Source of the DNA: Felis catus | Taxonomy: Eukaryota | Length of the DNA stretch: 64,000 nucleotides | Direction of reading: 5' to 3' | Assembly (NCBI RefSeq): GCF_018350175.1 | Contig: NC_058368.1 | Span: 153,762,001 to 153,826,000 of the forward strand | Part shown: piece by piece, positions 49,261 to 62,552 of the stretch | Position numbering within the stretch: the stretch's first letter is position 1 | How the letters are laid out: each line of letters opens with the position of its first letter | Position numbers and translations under genes: made by a program | Notes under the pieces: generated by a model | Told to the model about the DNA's origin: nothing | The model's database searches: none | Seen by the model: only the letters and a program-made list of their open reading frames with translations

Positions 49261-50673
49261 GTTTGGTATCTCGTACAAAATACCTCCTCATATATACCTT
49301 TTTCCATTAACTTTCTTCTCCCTTCCTGAAGACCATTTCTATATTTTCGGGAAGCCTTACTTGTCAGGTGGATTCACACTTCAGCAGTCCTAATGGCCAA
49401 ACTGGGTTTTATGTTTTATCCTGTCTGCTAGTCTGGACAGGACAGAATAGGCCACAGAAGTCCCTAACCAATTTGACTTGCAGAAACGCAAATGACTGAG
49501 CACATTTTGTTTTCCCTGGGGAAGAGGCTCAGGTAACATATAAGGATGTTGAAATAACACCACACCCACCACTTTCCAGAGCAGCTAATTTAAAATCACT
49601 TGCAATCTGGGGGAATCTGTCTCCATATCTTTTTGTAAGAACCTACAGCTAACTGTTTACTGAAAGGTTTCCTGAGAATAGGATTTTATCCAAGACTTGT
49701 GACAGTGGTAACTTAGAATGAGGCTACAGAGATCTAATTAAAAAGGTGATTTCCTAACATATGGAGCTCCTATGTGAAATCAAGAGAATGTGAGGTGCTG
49801 GGGGAATTGCTGACCCTGTAAATTCTTATGACATTAGGCTTAAATCTTAACTGCTAAACACCTTTCAAATATTTAACTCTCCCCAAGTAAATGTTCTCCC
49901 TGCAAAGCTCTATTTGTTGACTTTTATCCCAGTTGGACTGACTTTGGGGACTACATCACTGAGACCTGTGCATTAAGTGGTACATATGTTGAATAAACAG
50001 CCAGACAGCTACCAACTGTCAAGTTGCTTTACTAGAGTATAAAAAAAAAAGCACATATGCCATGTTGAAAAGCAAAGGAAAAACAAAGGTTTATAATAGA
50101 TCTAGGAAATGGTTCAGGTAAAACATAACCACATGCTTATTTGCATGATTATTTTTCTAAACAGCATTAGAAATCTTTTGGAGGAGAAATCCTAATCTTG
50201 AAATGATCTCAAATGTTGCATGAGATATGATACTTCCTCTGGTGGCTCATAATTCATTAATGAGTTAATAACTTGAAAGGGGGACAAGCTGTGTTAATAT
50301 AAGCAAAGGCTGGAAATGTGCTGAGTGAGGAAACAGGTTTGATTTTGTCACACGCAGCAGATGGAAATAAAAGGACAGGTTGTTCTTTACAGGTATGGAT
50401 GACACTACAGAACATACTAGCTTTTCTGGCAAGGAGACTGGAAGTATTTATAGTTTTCAGCCTTGTTGCCACCAGCATTGCTCTCCTGTGTGATACTATG
50501 GTAGAACAACATTGACTGTGTATCCCAGGTGGCCACCTGTTGAGCAGAAAGAATCCTGGTCACCAGGATTTGCATACAGTTTGCATACAGCCATACTAGC
50601 CTTGTTATTTAAAAGAGTGTCTTAGTTACTATTCTGGTAGGGAAATCGACTCATAAAATTCTTGTAATCTTAA

Positions 50674-51154
50674 GTATCAGTTCAGGTGTACCTGTACAGT
50701 TCAGGTGCCAAGACTGGGCTACAAGCACAGAAGATGTATGGGAGGTAATATGCATTGAACATAAAGAGGAAAGGGTTAAAGAGAAGGGAAAGACTTCAGA
50801 CTATGATGCAGGTCTGACATCTGTGAAAGGAAGGAGGCAGAGAGGAAAATTGGATGGAGAGAGTCTCTGAGACCAGCGCTCCCCTAGAAAAGTTGAGATC
50901 CTAAGGAGGATCTCTAGAGCAGAGAGTATCCATTAAAGGAGTCCTGTGATGGAGGTGCCTGGGTGGCTCAGGAGGTTAGGTGTCCGTCTGACTCTTGATC
51001 TTGGCTTACGTGATGATCTTATGGTTCGTGAGTTTGAGCCCTGCATTGAGCTCTGCACTGATGGCACAGAGCGAGCTTGGGATTCTGTCTCTCCTTCTTT
51101 GTGTCCCTCTCCTACTTGTGCTCTATCATTCTGTTTCTTAAAATAAATATGATT

Positions 51155-51217
<63 letters not shown>

Positions 51218-51410
51218 GAGTCCTTTGATGGGCAAAACTGGCTAGATCCTGGAACTTCTCAGCTTTGCCATCATTGGCTAGAACTGCCTACAGAAAGTGT
51301 CTCATATTAAATGCCAAGGTGGACTGCAGCAGAGGTTGTTGTCTGACAGCACCCCTGTGGCAGACACTCCCTGGGAAGGAAATCTGAGTGGGGTAGCTCT
51401 GTGGCTGGCT
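50674..51410 (-). mobile_element. ERVL LTR (LTR16/LTR40-like), interrupted by a SINE
   Basis: cagactatgatgcaggtctgacatctgtgaaagg...tcattggcta...gaaggaaatctgagtgggtagctctgtggct match recalled consensus. Confidence 0.75.
50952..51217 (+). mobile_element. SINEC SINE whose tail has become a (GA)n microsatellite (51157-51220)
   Basis: TSD gagtcct(g/t)tgatgg at 50939-50952 and 51218-51231. Confidence 0.95.
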
Positions 51411-52042
51411 CAGGAGGCTTTCTAATGATGACACTGAACTAGACTTCAAACAAGGAATACCTTTTATACATTCATTTATAACAAAGGTCAAAGAGGACTT
51501 GGCCCATGTGGATTCTCATATGATTTTATATGTGTATTAATCCCCCAAACTTTCAAAATACTCTGGTGTTCTACTCACTTTCCTATTCTTTCTTGTTTGC
51601 ATGACTTGGAAGGAAAATGTACTAGAAAGTCAGGGAAAGAGTTTCTGTACTTGACAGTCAGGTGGAAGAATATTACCAAATTTTAAGAAATCAAGTGTAC
51701 TTTCCTGGTGCAGTAATGAAAAGCGAGAGTGACCTAAATTCAGATTCTGTTTTGCCACTCATTGACATTAAGATCTTGAGTAGCTAACTTAATTTTTTTG
51801 TGTCTCATTTTTTTCATAACAAAAATAGCAAAAACAGTATCATATATTGTTCATTTAAAGAGTGATGTGTTGAGATTTCCTTATGACAAAAGTTTTAAAG
51901 AGTTTTGTTCTTGTAAACTGGGCTGGTGTATTTTGTGATAATGTTACATACTCCGTTTATGAAATTTTACTACAAATATATGAAAAACTTAAAAGAGTCA
52001 TAATTCAGAGTCAATGAAGATACATATGCAATTACTTATTAG

Positions 52043-52100
52043 ACCCTTACTTAGCTCCTAACACTTACTTAGCTCCTAATACCCTTACTTAGCTCCAACA
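52043..52100. repeat. Short tandem repeat, 3 units of 18-20 bp
   Basis: Core cttacttagctcc at 52046, 52064 and 52084. Confidence 0.93.
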
Positions 52101-52158
52101 CTGGTAGATGTTGTTAAATTTTATCTGTAAGTAATAGTCACTTATTTCAACATTTAGG

Positions 52159-52610
52159 TGTCCAGTTTCTATGGCTTAAGAAAAGACAAATTTATTGTCT
52201 TCCAGTTACATAGGTCAGAAATCTGACACAGGTCTCACTGGGCTACAATCAAGGTGTCAGACTGGCTGTATTTCTTTCTGGTTGCTCTAGAGGATAGTCC
52301 ATTTCTTTGTCTTCCCAGGGTCTAGAAGGTTGCCCACATTCCTTGGCTCATGACCCCCTTCCTCCGTCTTGAAAGCCAGCAATATTTCATTTATTTGACC
52401 ATTTTGAATTCGCAGTTTCTTCTGACCACAGCTGGAAAAGTTTCACTGATTTGAAGGACCTATTTGATGAGATTTTACCTATCTGGCTAATGCAGGATAA
52501 TATCCCCATACCAAAGCCTTTAGTTTAACCCCATCTGCCAAGTCCCTTTTGCCCTGTAAACTCACTTGCCCACAGGTTCCAGGGATTAGGAAATGGACAT
52601 CTTTGGGGGA
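52159..52610 (-). mobile_element. MaLR LTR (MLT1D-like)
   Basis: ggtcagaaatctgacacaggtctcactgggctacaatcaaggtgtcag...cacaggttccagggattagg...gacatctttgggg. Confidence 0.88.
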
Positions 52611-52769
52611 TGTCAAATAATTTGGTCAGCCTCTTGAAGATGGACAAGGTAAGGAAAAGGATTCTTCCCTAAAGCCATCAGAAAGGAAAGCAATAATGGG
52701 AAAGTAACATCACACCCAACCTACCTGAGTTTACTTTTTACTGGCTGGCTAGCATATGTCTCATTCAAT

Positions 52770-53150
52770 TAATCTAGTTTCCAAAATTTTCCCTTTTTGT
52801 TCATTTGATCATGCTTTTTCCAGCTTTGGAAAATGGCCTCAATCATTGGCTCTGCCTTTTCAAATCCAGGATATTTCTCAAGGTTCTGTTAATGACTCAC
52901 TTTCTTTCTGAGATGTTTCTACCTACTCCATCCCACCATGAATGCTTCCAACTGAGAATTCCAATTACATTGAAATCAGAGATTGGCAATGTAGCTCAAA
53001 ATGTTTCATATTAGCAATATCTCCCCAACTCAAACAGTGTTAAACTCCTCAAGAACAGGGACAATCTGTTATATATCTTTTGTGTCTGACTCAGCCAATG
53101 CTAAACAGCCAGTGCCAAGTCAGTGCTAAATTAACTCTGTGTTTATTGAT
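52770..53150 (+). mobile_element. L2 3' fragment
   Basis: tgttaaactcctcaagaacagggacaatctg L2 tail motif. Confidence 0.6.
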
Positions 53151-54084
53151 AAATAGTCGACATTTAAAATACAAATACTTCTAGGAGCTGATTACAACCT
53201 TTTAATTATTAACATTTAACTGTAGTTTATGTATAAAACTTGAGTAAATTCTAAATTGAGATCTGATTACTGGATTTAATAAGAAGACTATGTAGAGAGA
53301 GAGATAACCACAAACAGAAACAGAGGATGTGGGCCTAGAAGGGAATGAGTGGGCTTTCTAGGAAGCCATGAGGAAGCCTGAAAGCATCAACAGTGAGGGA
53401 AGTAGATGGAGGCACCAGTTGGTGAGACAAAGAGAAGGAGAGAAGGAGAGGAGCCAGTTTTACTGATTTTATAATTTTGCCTTGACCAGATACATGTTTA
53501 GCATACCTCTGCATTCAAGGAGTCTGTGATGTAAGAAATAAGGTAGTTGAAATGATCTAAACTGGGATAAAATGTATATTTCATTATAAAACAGATGGAT
53601 TTTAGAAATTTTGTAAAGAAAACGTGGTAGAATTTGGCATAGTTTGAATGTAGAATGGGAATATTGCATTGTGTGATTTCCTATTTTCCGTTTGAAATTA
53701 CAGTGAATTTATAATAACCTCTCTTTTCTCTCATTCTCTCTGTCTCCTTATATACACACCCATTATCTGTTATTACTTTCTATAAATTACATTGCCAAAG
53801 TATGATGGACAATCTAATTTTTAAACTTTGATAGTTATGAAAAGAACAACTGCGTAAAAATGAAATTAAATATACAATGATAGGCTTCTTTTTCCATATA
53901 GATTTTGAAAGAATAAATGTTGTAGGGTATAATGCATTTATTCATTCACTGAATCCTCAACAATTCTTCTGACTCTAAATCATTAATATTATATGTATGT
54001 AAGACTGAGCTCCAGGATAGTTTACTTGTAAAAGAAAGTTTATATTTTACTGTTCCTTCAACAGTTTTATGGAAAGAAATTAAA

Positions 54085-54290
54085 TTTTTTTAACATTTAT
54101 TTATTATTGAGAGACAGAGAAACAGAGCATGAGCATGGGAGGGGCGGAGACAGGGGGAGACACAGAATCTGAAGCAGGCTCCAGGCTCTGAGCTGTCAGC
54201 ACAGAGCCCGATGCAGGGCTTGAACAAACTGCGAGATCATGACCTTAGCTGAAGTCGGACGCTTAACCAACTGAGCCACCCAGGCACCCC
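54085..54290 (-). mobile_element. SINEC_Fc-like SINE
   Basis: Full body gaagcaggctccaggctctgagctgtcagcacagagcccgatg...gagccacccaggcacccc. Confidence 0.97.
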
Positions 54291-57200
54291 GAAAAAAAAT
54301 TACTTTAATGTGACTTTCAGTGAACAAGTAGAGAATAGCATTTACATTTTTTAAATGAAATTTTGTTAACAAATTTAAGTGTGACTTATATCTCCCATTT
54401 TCACATACATTGGTGAATAAGGTTTATTTTGGCAAACTCTCATCTTCCTATAACTAAATAACTTAGAGAGATTATATTACTCAGCATCACCAAAATTACA
54501 TATTCTCTAAGTGTTCTTAAATCAAGTGTTTTGTAAAACAGCATTTATTCTGTCATGCTTTGTGATTCAACATATTGGGCTGTATTCTGAGTATACCAAG
54601 ATGCACAAATAGCATGTGCCCTGATGAACCAACCACAGATTCTGACTTTTAACATGTAAGCTAAGTTTTAGCAATTTGATATAAAAATAAACGGGAGCTC
54701 ATGTGGACTATAACAGAGAGGTTCATAGCATCAGGAAGTAGAATACATACTCTACCCAGAGTATGTTAATTTCTATTGCTTACACTCTGTATTTGTCAAC
54801 AACTCAAGAACTTCTATGCCGTGTAATTAAGTATGCATGTACTTTTCTGTTTGTCATCTGTATTTCATGTCTCTGTGCTTCAGTCACAAAGTATTTTGAG
54901 TATGTGGTTCTCAGCCATCAAGTGACTGACTGCTATAGTTATGAGGCCAGTCCACCATGAGACCAGGTTTTGATGGTCTATCTCAACATCTTTAATGAAG
55001 CAAAGTATTTGGAAAAAACCCCAAGTGTTTCTGGTGCTTCCTGTGACTACATCCAGGAAAAAGTTGGTGGGCTGGTCGTGTGGGGTTAACTGCGAAGTCC
55101 ATGATTTTTGGAAATAATTCAGTGTGATATAAATTTATTACATCAGAAATAACCCGGTTTTGAGGTAAATACAGATACATTTTAATCAATACCTCACTTT
55201 GCTTCTCCTTTGGATGATTACTTTGTTATTTCTGGAGTCTAGCACAATGCTGATTACCAATTGGGGGGGCCTCAATAAATGTTAATGAAACTAAGAAATC
55301 AATGATATAGTATGGTCAATGAATGATCAATCTCAAATTAAACTATCCTAAGGTATAACTGGCATTTGTTAGGGTGGTCTTTCGGAAAACCTGTGATTGC
55401 TTTGGGAAAGGAAGCCATGCCTCAGTGTCTGTTACCTTAGAAATGGTCTACCAGAAGTAGCCACTCATTTGAACTGACTCCAGGCAATATATTGAAGCCG
55501 TTTGTGTTTGTGGTGTCACAACTTATCCTTCAATCACACATTTCTTTGCTACCCTTAATCATTCTAGAATATCTAAGACTTTATTCTCTAAAATGCATGG
55601 ACTTAAAAAGTTAGATTCCTAGAAGCTTTGTACTATCAAAGAATCTCCAGTAGAATCTGGTGTGTTTTTAAAGGTAGAATTTCGACATAAATAAGGGACA
55701 TCTGAAACTCTGGATTTCATGAATCCTTTTTGTATTATGCTTATTTGTCTCCAGAGGCAAGGGATTGTGGCACAAAAACATAAAAAATAATTAGTTCCAG
55801 TGTTCTTACTGTGAGAAGGCTACCACCACAGGAAACAGTTGTTGAGTCAGTAGTGGGTGACTGAAATCAAAGTACAGATGGCACTGAGGTGTGCGTTTCG
55901 GTTCTAAATGAAAGCATGAGGATGGTCTACTCACTGGGTGGTGGTGGTACATTGACTTGTAAATTTAAGTTAAAATTAAACCCTAAGAGATGATACTATC
56001 TGGGCCCTTTCCAGTGGCTTTCTCTAAGCCATAGGGATTTATCAGGTTTACAGCAGGAAGTGGGGAGAAAGGGGAGTTCAGTACACTGCAACAAATAACA
56101 TGTCTGAAGGTCGAAGTTGTAGTGACAGCATCCCCCCCTTAAAGTCGAGCTGGGTCTGCAGAGAGAAAAAGGATGAGAGTGAAAATAAACATATATGTTT
56201 TCACTAGTGACATGGCTGACGTCTTTCTCCCCTAGTTTCAAAATTTCAGGGCTTAGGTCTGATATTTCCTAATTTTCAAATTTCATTTGTAAATGAAAAT
56301 ATTTAGACCTTCACTAATCCTTACCCACAAAAAGATTTAGGACAAGGAAAAGCTAACTATAGGAATGACCTCGGCGGTTTTTATCCTACCATTTTAATTT
56401 GAAATTAAACAAGTGTATCAAAATAACATGTATGCACCAGGGAATGAAGAAAACATGCTGTCTCACAGGCCACCCTAGTACCCCTTAAGCTCCTTGAAAT
56501 GCCATTCTCAGATATATAATTAAAAGGACATTCCTGCCTCATAAAATTCTCCAAAATAATTTTTATTGGCTGTGGCTATTTTGCCTTTGTTGTTTTTTCC
56601 TTTTTGCTTAACAGTGAGTTTTGCACATTCTGAATCTGTGCCCTAGTTATGCAACGAATCTGACTGCTCACCTTTCCATGCCCATTCTGGTGAAGTAGAA
56701 GCCCACTCAGTTCTTCGGTAGTTTGAGAATATACACTGGTGCGTTATAACATTTTTGAGAACACAGAGACCTTTCTGCAGCTAGTAAGATTCTTTGAAAA
56801 TCGTTGGGGACATTTCCATGGCTACGTTGATACATCTTAGGTACTATGCCAGCATCAGGCAGGGGTATTTCCACTGCTGTTCCCTCTCTTTCAGATGCCC
56901 TCTGTACTCCCTTTGCTCCCCAAACTATAAACACTGAACGTGGTATCTGAGTATGAGGCAGGAATGGTCGAACCACCTGGGAGTCGAAGCCTCCTCCATT
57001 CTTTTTTGAAATAGGATCACAAAAACTGTGCTATTCCTGCTTGTTCCATTCAAGGACTGGGTTTCCTAGTTCTGAGATAGTTTTACAGGCCATTTCCCTA
57101 CATATTCAGCTGTCAACTATTGTTACTTTTTACAATCCAGAAGAATATGCTAATTGTACTGACACATAATGCAATATGCTTAAGAACATGCCACTCAAAA

Positions 57201-57394
57201 GTGTGGCTCTCAGGAGAATTCTACCTTCAAGAAACTTCATCTATAAGAAAATATCCCCTTTGAGATAAAGGCAATTCTTTTGTAATAACATTAGGGAAAG
57301 CTAAAATGTGACTTACAGCACACCGCAACACACTATAGTGTGATTTAACTGTAGTATAAAAATATATAGATTTAGGCTGAATTTAAATAGAGAG

Positions 57395-57446
57395 TTGAGA
57401 GGGAGAGAGAAAGAGAAAGAGAAAGAGAGACAGAGAGAGAGAGAGA
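57395..57446. repeat. GA-rich simple repeat
   Basis: Direct reading. Confidence 0.85.
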
Positions 57447-59311
57447 AATGAAAATACCAGATGACTTCCAACTATAAAAAATTCTCTAAGAAATGACAGA
57501 ATAGTTAATGCATAGACTTCAAAGAAAATTACTGTTTCATACTATTGGGTATTAAACCTGTAATTTCTATAGAAATCTCTAATTTTTCCACATATTAAGT
57601 CAAAGAACTAAAAATGTCTTCTCTGGATATTTTTATAATAATATTTTCTGTTATAAAAAAGGCATTGCCAGACACTACCATCTGCCGTGTAGACTGACAG
57701 TGTACAAATCTGATGTCTTTCTGTGACTTCCTATCTTATATAATTGGAGGTTTCAGCCCAGAATGATGTTTCATTTCCACCTAAGGACAACCAAGTTTAA
57801 GTTTGCCTGGAATATTTCAATCATTTCCCTGCTATGTGCTGATAAGACCAGGACTCTGTATAGTTTAAAGCTATAAATATGTCTATTGAGAGGGTGTTAA
57901 AAATTCTCCTCTGAACTTCTGGCCATCATCCAGAATTCCATAATACCTTCTCAAATGAGACGGAAAACACAATGCATTACAATTGATGAATGTTTCATTG
58001 GTAGTACTTTATTTTGGAGATTTGAAATAGAATGTCTTGGTTATGTCAGTATGGGGAAGGATTTTTTTTTTTTGAAAGAAAGAGGTCTCTGTGAACTGTT
58101 TATGTAAAGATTAGAATATTTCTCTACCAAGCTTTAAAAAGAGCTCAAGGACACTAAAATTATTCTATTGACTCACATGTGTGTGCATTCATGTGTGTGT
58201 TTATAGGAGTAAATGTAATCATCTCTGTGCCAGTCAATAAGACAAAATTACCGAATAACTTCTATAGGTATTTATTAAAAAATAACACTATTTTCAATAA
58301 AAGAGAAATCCTTGTAGTTAAAACCTGTTAATTGGAGATAATGCCTGTGTAACTGAACATTGTCAAAGGGTAATGACCTCCTGCTGCTAAGCCCTGGAAA
58401 AGTTGACTGAAAGCCAACACCATTTGTTTTCAAAGCAGGAGACATGGGTCCTTTGACATGATTCCATTAAAATGGCTTTATTTTTGTTGCACTACGCAAT
58501 AGAAATTTTATTATTATAGGCCATATTATCAATGTGCTTTCATTTTCCTGCCTCCAAATATCTTTGCAGGTTGCGTTTTCACTGCTGTTAAATGTACCAG
58601 TTAGCACCTTTGCCGCTGCTGAGTGGCTGTTCTCATAGCAATACAGTTAGTTCAGTTAATTCTGGGGGTTGCCAAAAAGGATTGAAATGAGTTAGTATTC
58701 ATTATAGTATGCCACTCAATATAATAAATGATCAACGTTCTATAGTACATTGTAGCTGAGAAAATAGGCTGGGTAATTAAAATAAAACCATGGGAAGCAT
58801 CCTCCACTCCCTGTCCACAATCCTTTACACACTCCATTTGGCCAATGTCTGGAATTTTGTTTGGCTGAATTATAAAATTTTACTTAGAAAATGTTCTTCT
58901 GGGTTGCTTGAGATTTCTGTCAGTAGGAATGAAAAAAAATCTAAGAACTGGTTTCCTTATGGGATCACATGTACATGATAGAGTATTACCCTGGGTGAGA
59001 AAAGAGGAGATCTTAGTTTTAAGTAATACTGGAGAACATCCATAAATGTGAGGATTGGAGGTGCTTCAGTCCAAATCCATCTCTGTTTTCATGCACTTCA
59101 GAGGCATCCTTGATGTTGGTCACTAAGCCACTTGCATCACGATTGTGTGGGATGGACAATTACAGTGATTCTCTTTCTGTCACAGGGAGATCTTTCAGTT
59201 ATATTTCTAAAATATCCATGTTGGTATCCTGGCCTCATCCCCAGTGATTTTTTTTTCCTGGTGGTTTTGATTAAGCTGTTGTAGGACACTGGCATTAACA
59301 CAGATAAGTTT

Positions 59312-59513
59312 TATATATTTAAAAAATTTTTTTTGAGAGAAAGAGAGAGAGAGAGAGTGAGAGGGCACAAGTGGGGGAGGGGCAAAAGGAGAGGGCGAGA
59401 GAGAACCTTAAGCAGCTTCAATGCCCAGAGTGAGCCAATGCAGGGAATCAGTCTCAGGCCCATGAGATTATCAAGAGTGGAATGCTTAACTTACTGAACC
59501 ACCCAGGTGCCCC
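59312..59513 (-). mobile_element. SINEC SINE, diverged
   Basis: (GA) tract, caagtgggggaggggca, tgcttaacttactgaaccacccaggtgcccc. Confidence 0.92.
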
Positions 59514-59569
59514 AATATTGACAATTTTTAAGTTCTACAGGTGAACCTAATATGCAGAATTCTTCAACA

Positions 59570-59745
59570 ACTGGTTCTCTGACTTGAGTGATCTCAGGGT
59601 CATGCACAGGGCTTGTTGAAACACTATATGCTACCCCTCACTCCCACTCCCATGGACACCAAAGAGCTTCTAATCCAGTGAGTTTGGGGAGGTTGCCCAA
59701 GAACTTGCATTTTTAACAAAGTCCCAGGTGATGCTAATGTTGCAC
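59570..59745. mobile_element. MER5A-like hAT MITE
   Basis: gggcttgttgaaacac...ttctaatccagtgagtttgggg...cccaagaacttgcatttttaacaaagtcccaggtgatgctaatg. Confidence 0.8.
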
Positions 59746-60009
59746 TTGAATGTATGGTGAGTTATTTAAATGATGTCACTTTAGTGATTTCTTTATTCCT
59801 GATGGCTGTGAAAAAAGTAAATGGAAACTTAAATACAATAAGGACAGACTAAGAGTGAAGTTAGGTTGGGTTTTTCCACTAAATGCCACTTTGTTGTAGT
59901 TGTCACACTGGTTTCTGATTCCTTTCAGGTTTTCTATTCCTTTAGTTTACCTGGAATTTTTATTCCTAACACATAAAAATTTTAAAGCAATAATTATATA
60001 ACGAATACG

Positions 60010-60215
60010 TATTGAACATTTAGTACCCACCAGGACTCAATTTCAGTGTTGTATACATATTATCTCTTTTAATCTTCACCATTAAGCAAATGTTTTTATT
60101 ATCATAATCCATAATTACTTTCTTATAGGCATGTAGATGATAGGTGGTAGGGTTGGAATTGGAACACAAGCAAACTGACTGCAGAACTTGAACTCTCAGT
60201 AATTTCTCCGTACTA
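60010..60215 (-). mobile_element. MIR
   Basis: tattgaacatttagt...tattatctctttaatcttcacca...ggaattggaacacaagcaaactgactgcaga. Confidence 0.65.
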
Positions 60216-60999
60216 CTTCTGCATACTTAATGATTTACAAAATATATTCGGCCAACTTTGCGGTGTAAGTGTATTACTGATTATTACTGAATTATTGCTG
60301 ATGACAAAATAAAATAGCTCCCATTTATTGGATACCCACCTTGGACCACACACTGTTAAGAACTATTAAAAACCAGTTTGAATGATGATATAATTAAATG
60401 GTGAAATTAGGATGTAAACTTAGGCCTGTTAATAGATTTTGGAGTGCATGCCCCCAGAAGGAGCTCTTCAGGTTCCTAATCACATTCTTGTTTCTGGTCC
60501 AAAGTTCTGAGGAAATTTAGCTACCTTCCCAACAAAATCCCCATAAAATTCCGGTGAAAATTTGTATTTTGCCTAAGCATGTCTGATATCGTTCCTGTTA
60601 CAATGAAAAAAGCCTTGACTGAAGTTGTGGTCCTCCTGACTTGTGAATATGAGGTCCTGATACTTGGAGAAGTGAAATGTTGAAATGACTTAATTAAGAT
60701 CACTCAACGTGTGAATAGAACCAGGAACCAAGAACAGAACCAAATATAGGTATGACACTTAGGTTTGTTTTCTTTCTGTACGGGAATCTACTTCTCAGTT
60801 CTGGCTTTGCACCTTTTCTCACATCACCTGCAAAAGGATGTGTGAGAAGATCACTGTATAGATCATAAATACTGAAAAATTGTTTCCACACAGCATTTCT
60901 GAGAGCTGGCCCAATTAGTCTTACGAGCAGATAGAGGGAAGTGTTGCTGCTAGTGTGTTTCAAGAGAGCCATGTTACAGCCCTCTGAGAGCCATTGTCC

Positions 61000-61096
61000 G
61001 GACCTCACAAGGTTGTGGTTGGAAATAAATGAGGTAACAGATGCAAAGTGCCTGGTACATGAGAGACACATGACTCAATAAATGGTAGCTATTACT
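61000..61096 (+). mobile_element. MIR 3' fragment
   Basis: acctcacaaggttgtgg...aaatgaggtaacagatgcaaagtgcctggtacat...ctcaataaatggtagctatta. Confidence 0.75.
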
Positions 61097-62141
61097 GGTA
61101 TTCTCCTGATGGCAGCAGGAGCAGGGGAAGTGAGTAGGTGGGGAGAGCATGTCTCTCTACTAATGACTCAGAGGACTCCCGGGTTTCCAACATACCATTT
61201 GAGTCCTAGGAAACATTTGGTTTGTATGTAAAGGAAAATAAACACTTCAAAACCCAGTATCAGTCGTTTTGTACACTCTTTTGTTAATGGGATTTGTCAA
61301 GCCATATCAGTGAGTTCAGTTCAATTTGACTTCTACATTCTAGGTGCATATTGAGGCCCAGGTGACATGCAAGTTCATTGTCGAATGAGACCTATTTCCA
61401 GTAACTTAGTGCCAAGATACATTGTTAGAAACATCTGGAGCTGGGGCGGAGCCATATACAAACTGCTCAGACACAGAAGAGATATTTATTTTTCTACCTA
61501 TCATTCTTTCTATATTTACCCTTTCTCTCTCCTTCTCTAAGTTAACTTCCTATTTTTTTAAATTGAAAAACACCTATTTTGCCAAGTTGGGGGCACTACT
61601 TTATAAGATACTAGGTGATATACGTAAAATTAACATACATCATGATATTACTTGACTGTAACTGCTTGTATCACAATGCTCTGTTAGCATCATTTGCCTG
61701 ATAGTGATGTTTTCTGAATTTTAAAAGGTAGACCTAATTCTGTTTTCTAACTTAGAGAATTCCTTCACTCAGCAGATACATATGTCCTACTGAAGTCAAC
61801 AAGTGTATGTAAATCCAGCTGATAAGAGGCAATACTTATAAAACATTTGTTATTGGCTTTTATTGTCTGTCCCCATTAATCTTAGTCATGCTGTTTCTTA
61901 GCCCAGTGCTTAGTTTTGATATGTAACCTCTATATAAAAATATAGATGTAAAGACCCGACTTACGGAAAATGTGAAAAGAGGACAAATGTAAAAAGTGCA
62001 CCCATAAATTCAACTACTATTAGAGTTTTAGTGTACTCCACTCCAGTTTTTTTTAGAAAACATTTAAGAATGTGCTTATAATAGTCAGATCCATGTAATT
62101 TTGCTAAAAGAAATATTTAAGTATTTGTCTTCTTCAACAAT

Positions 62142-62415
62142 CTTTTACTTTTTTATGTGGCTTATTTTTTTAATTTGAGAGAGAGAGAGAGAGAGAGAGC
62201 ATGAGCAAAGGAGTGGGGGGAAGAGAGAGAGAGAAGGAGGGAGAGAGGGAGAGGGAGACAGAGAGGGAGAGGGAGAGAGAGAGAAAGAGAGAATTTTAAG
62301 CAGGTTCCACAATCAGTGGGGCTCAACATGGGGCTCAATCCTCTGACCCTAGGATCATGACCTGAGCCGAAATCAAGAATCAGACGTTCAACCGACTTAG
62401 CCACCCAGGCACCCC
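62142..62415 (-). mobile_element. SINEC SINE with expanded GA tract
   Basis: Head gccacccaggcacccc; TSD caacaat at 62135-62141 and 62416-62422. Confidence 0.95.
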
Positions 62416-62552
62416 CAACAATTAATATTTTAAAAACAGCCAGACATTTTATCCAGTGGATCTGTGATAATGTCCTAAAACATTCCCCTGCTATTAGATT
62501 TTGAGATGCTTCTAATTATCTTTAGTGTAATATTGTGTGTGTCTTTATATTT

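Noticed and set aside
50678..50707. cagttcaggtg direct repeat with E-boxes
   Set aside because: Appears to be part of the ERVL LTR terminus rather than an independent element
52043..52100. CRISPR-like repeat-spacer pattern
   Set aside because: Mammalian DNA, 13-bp core, 5-7 nt related linkers, no cas genes
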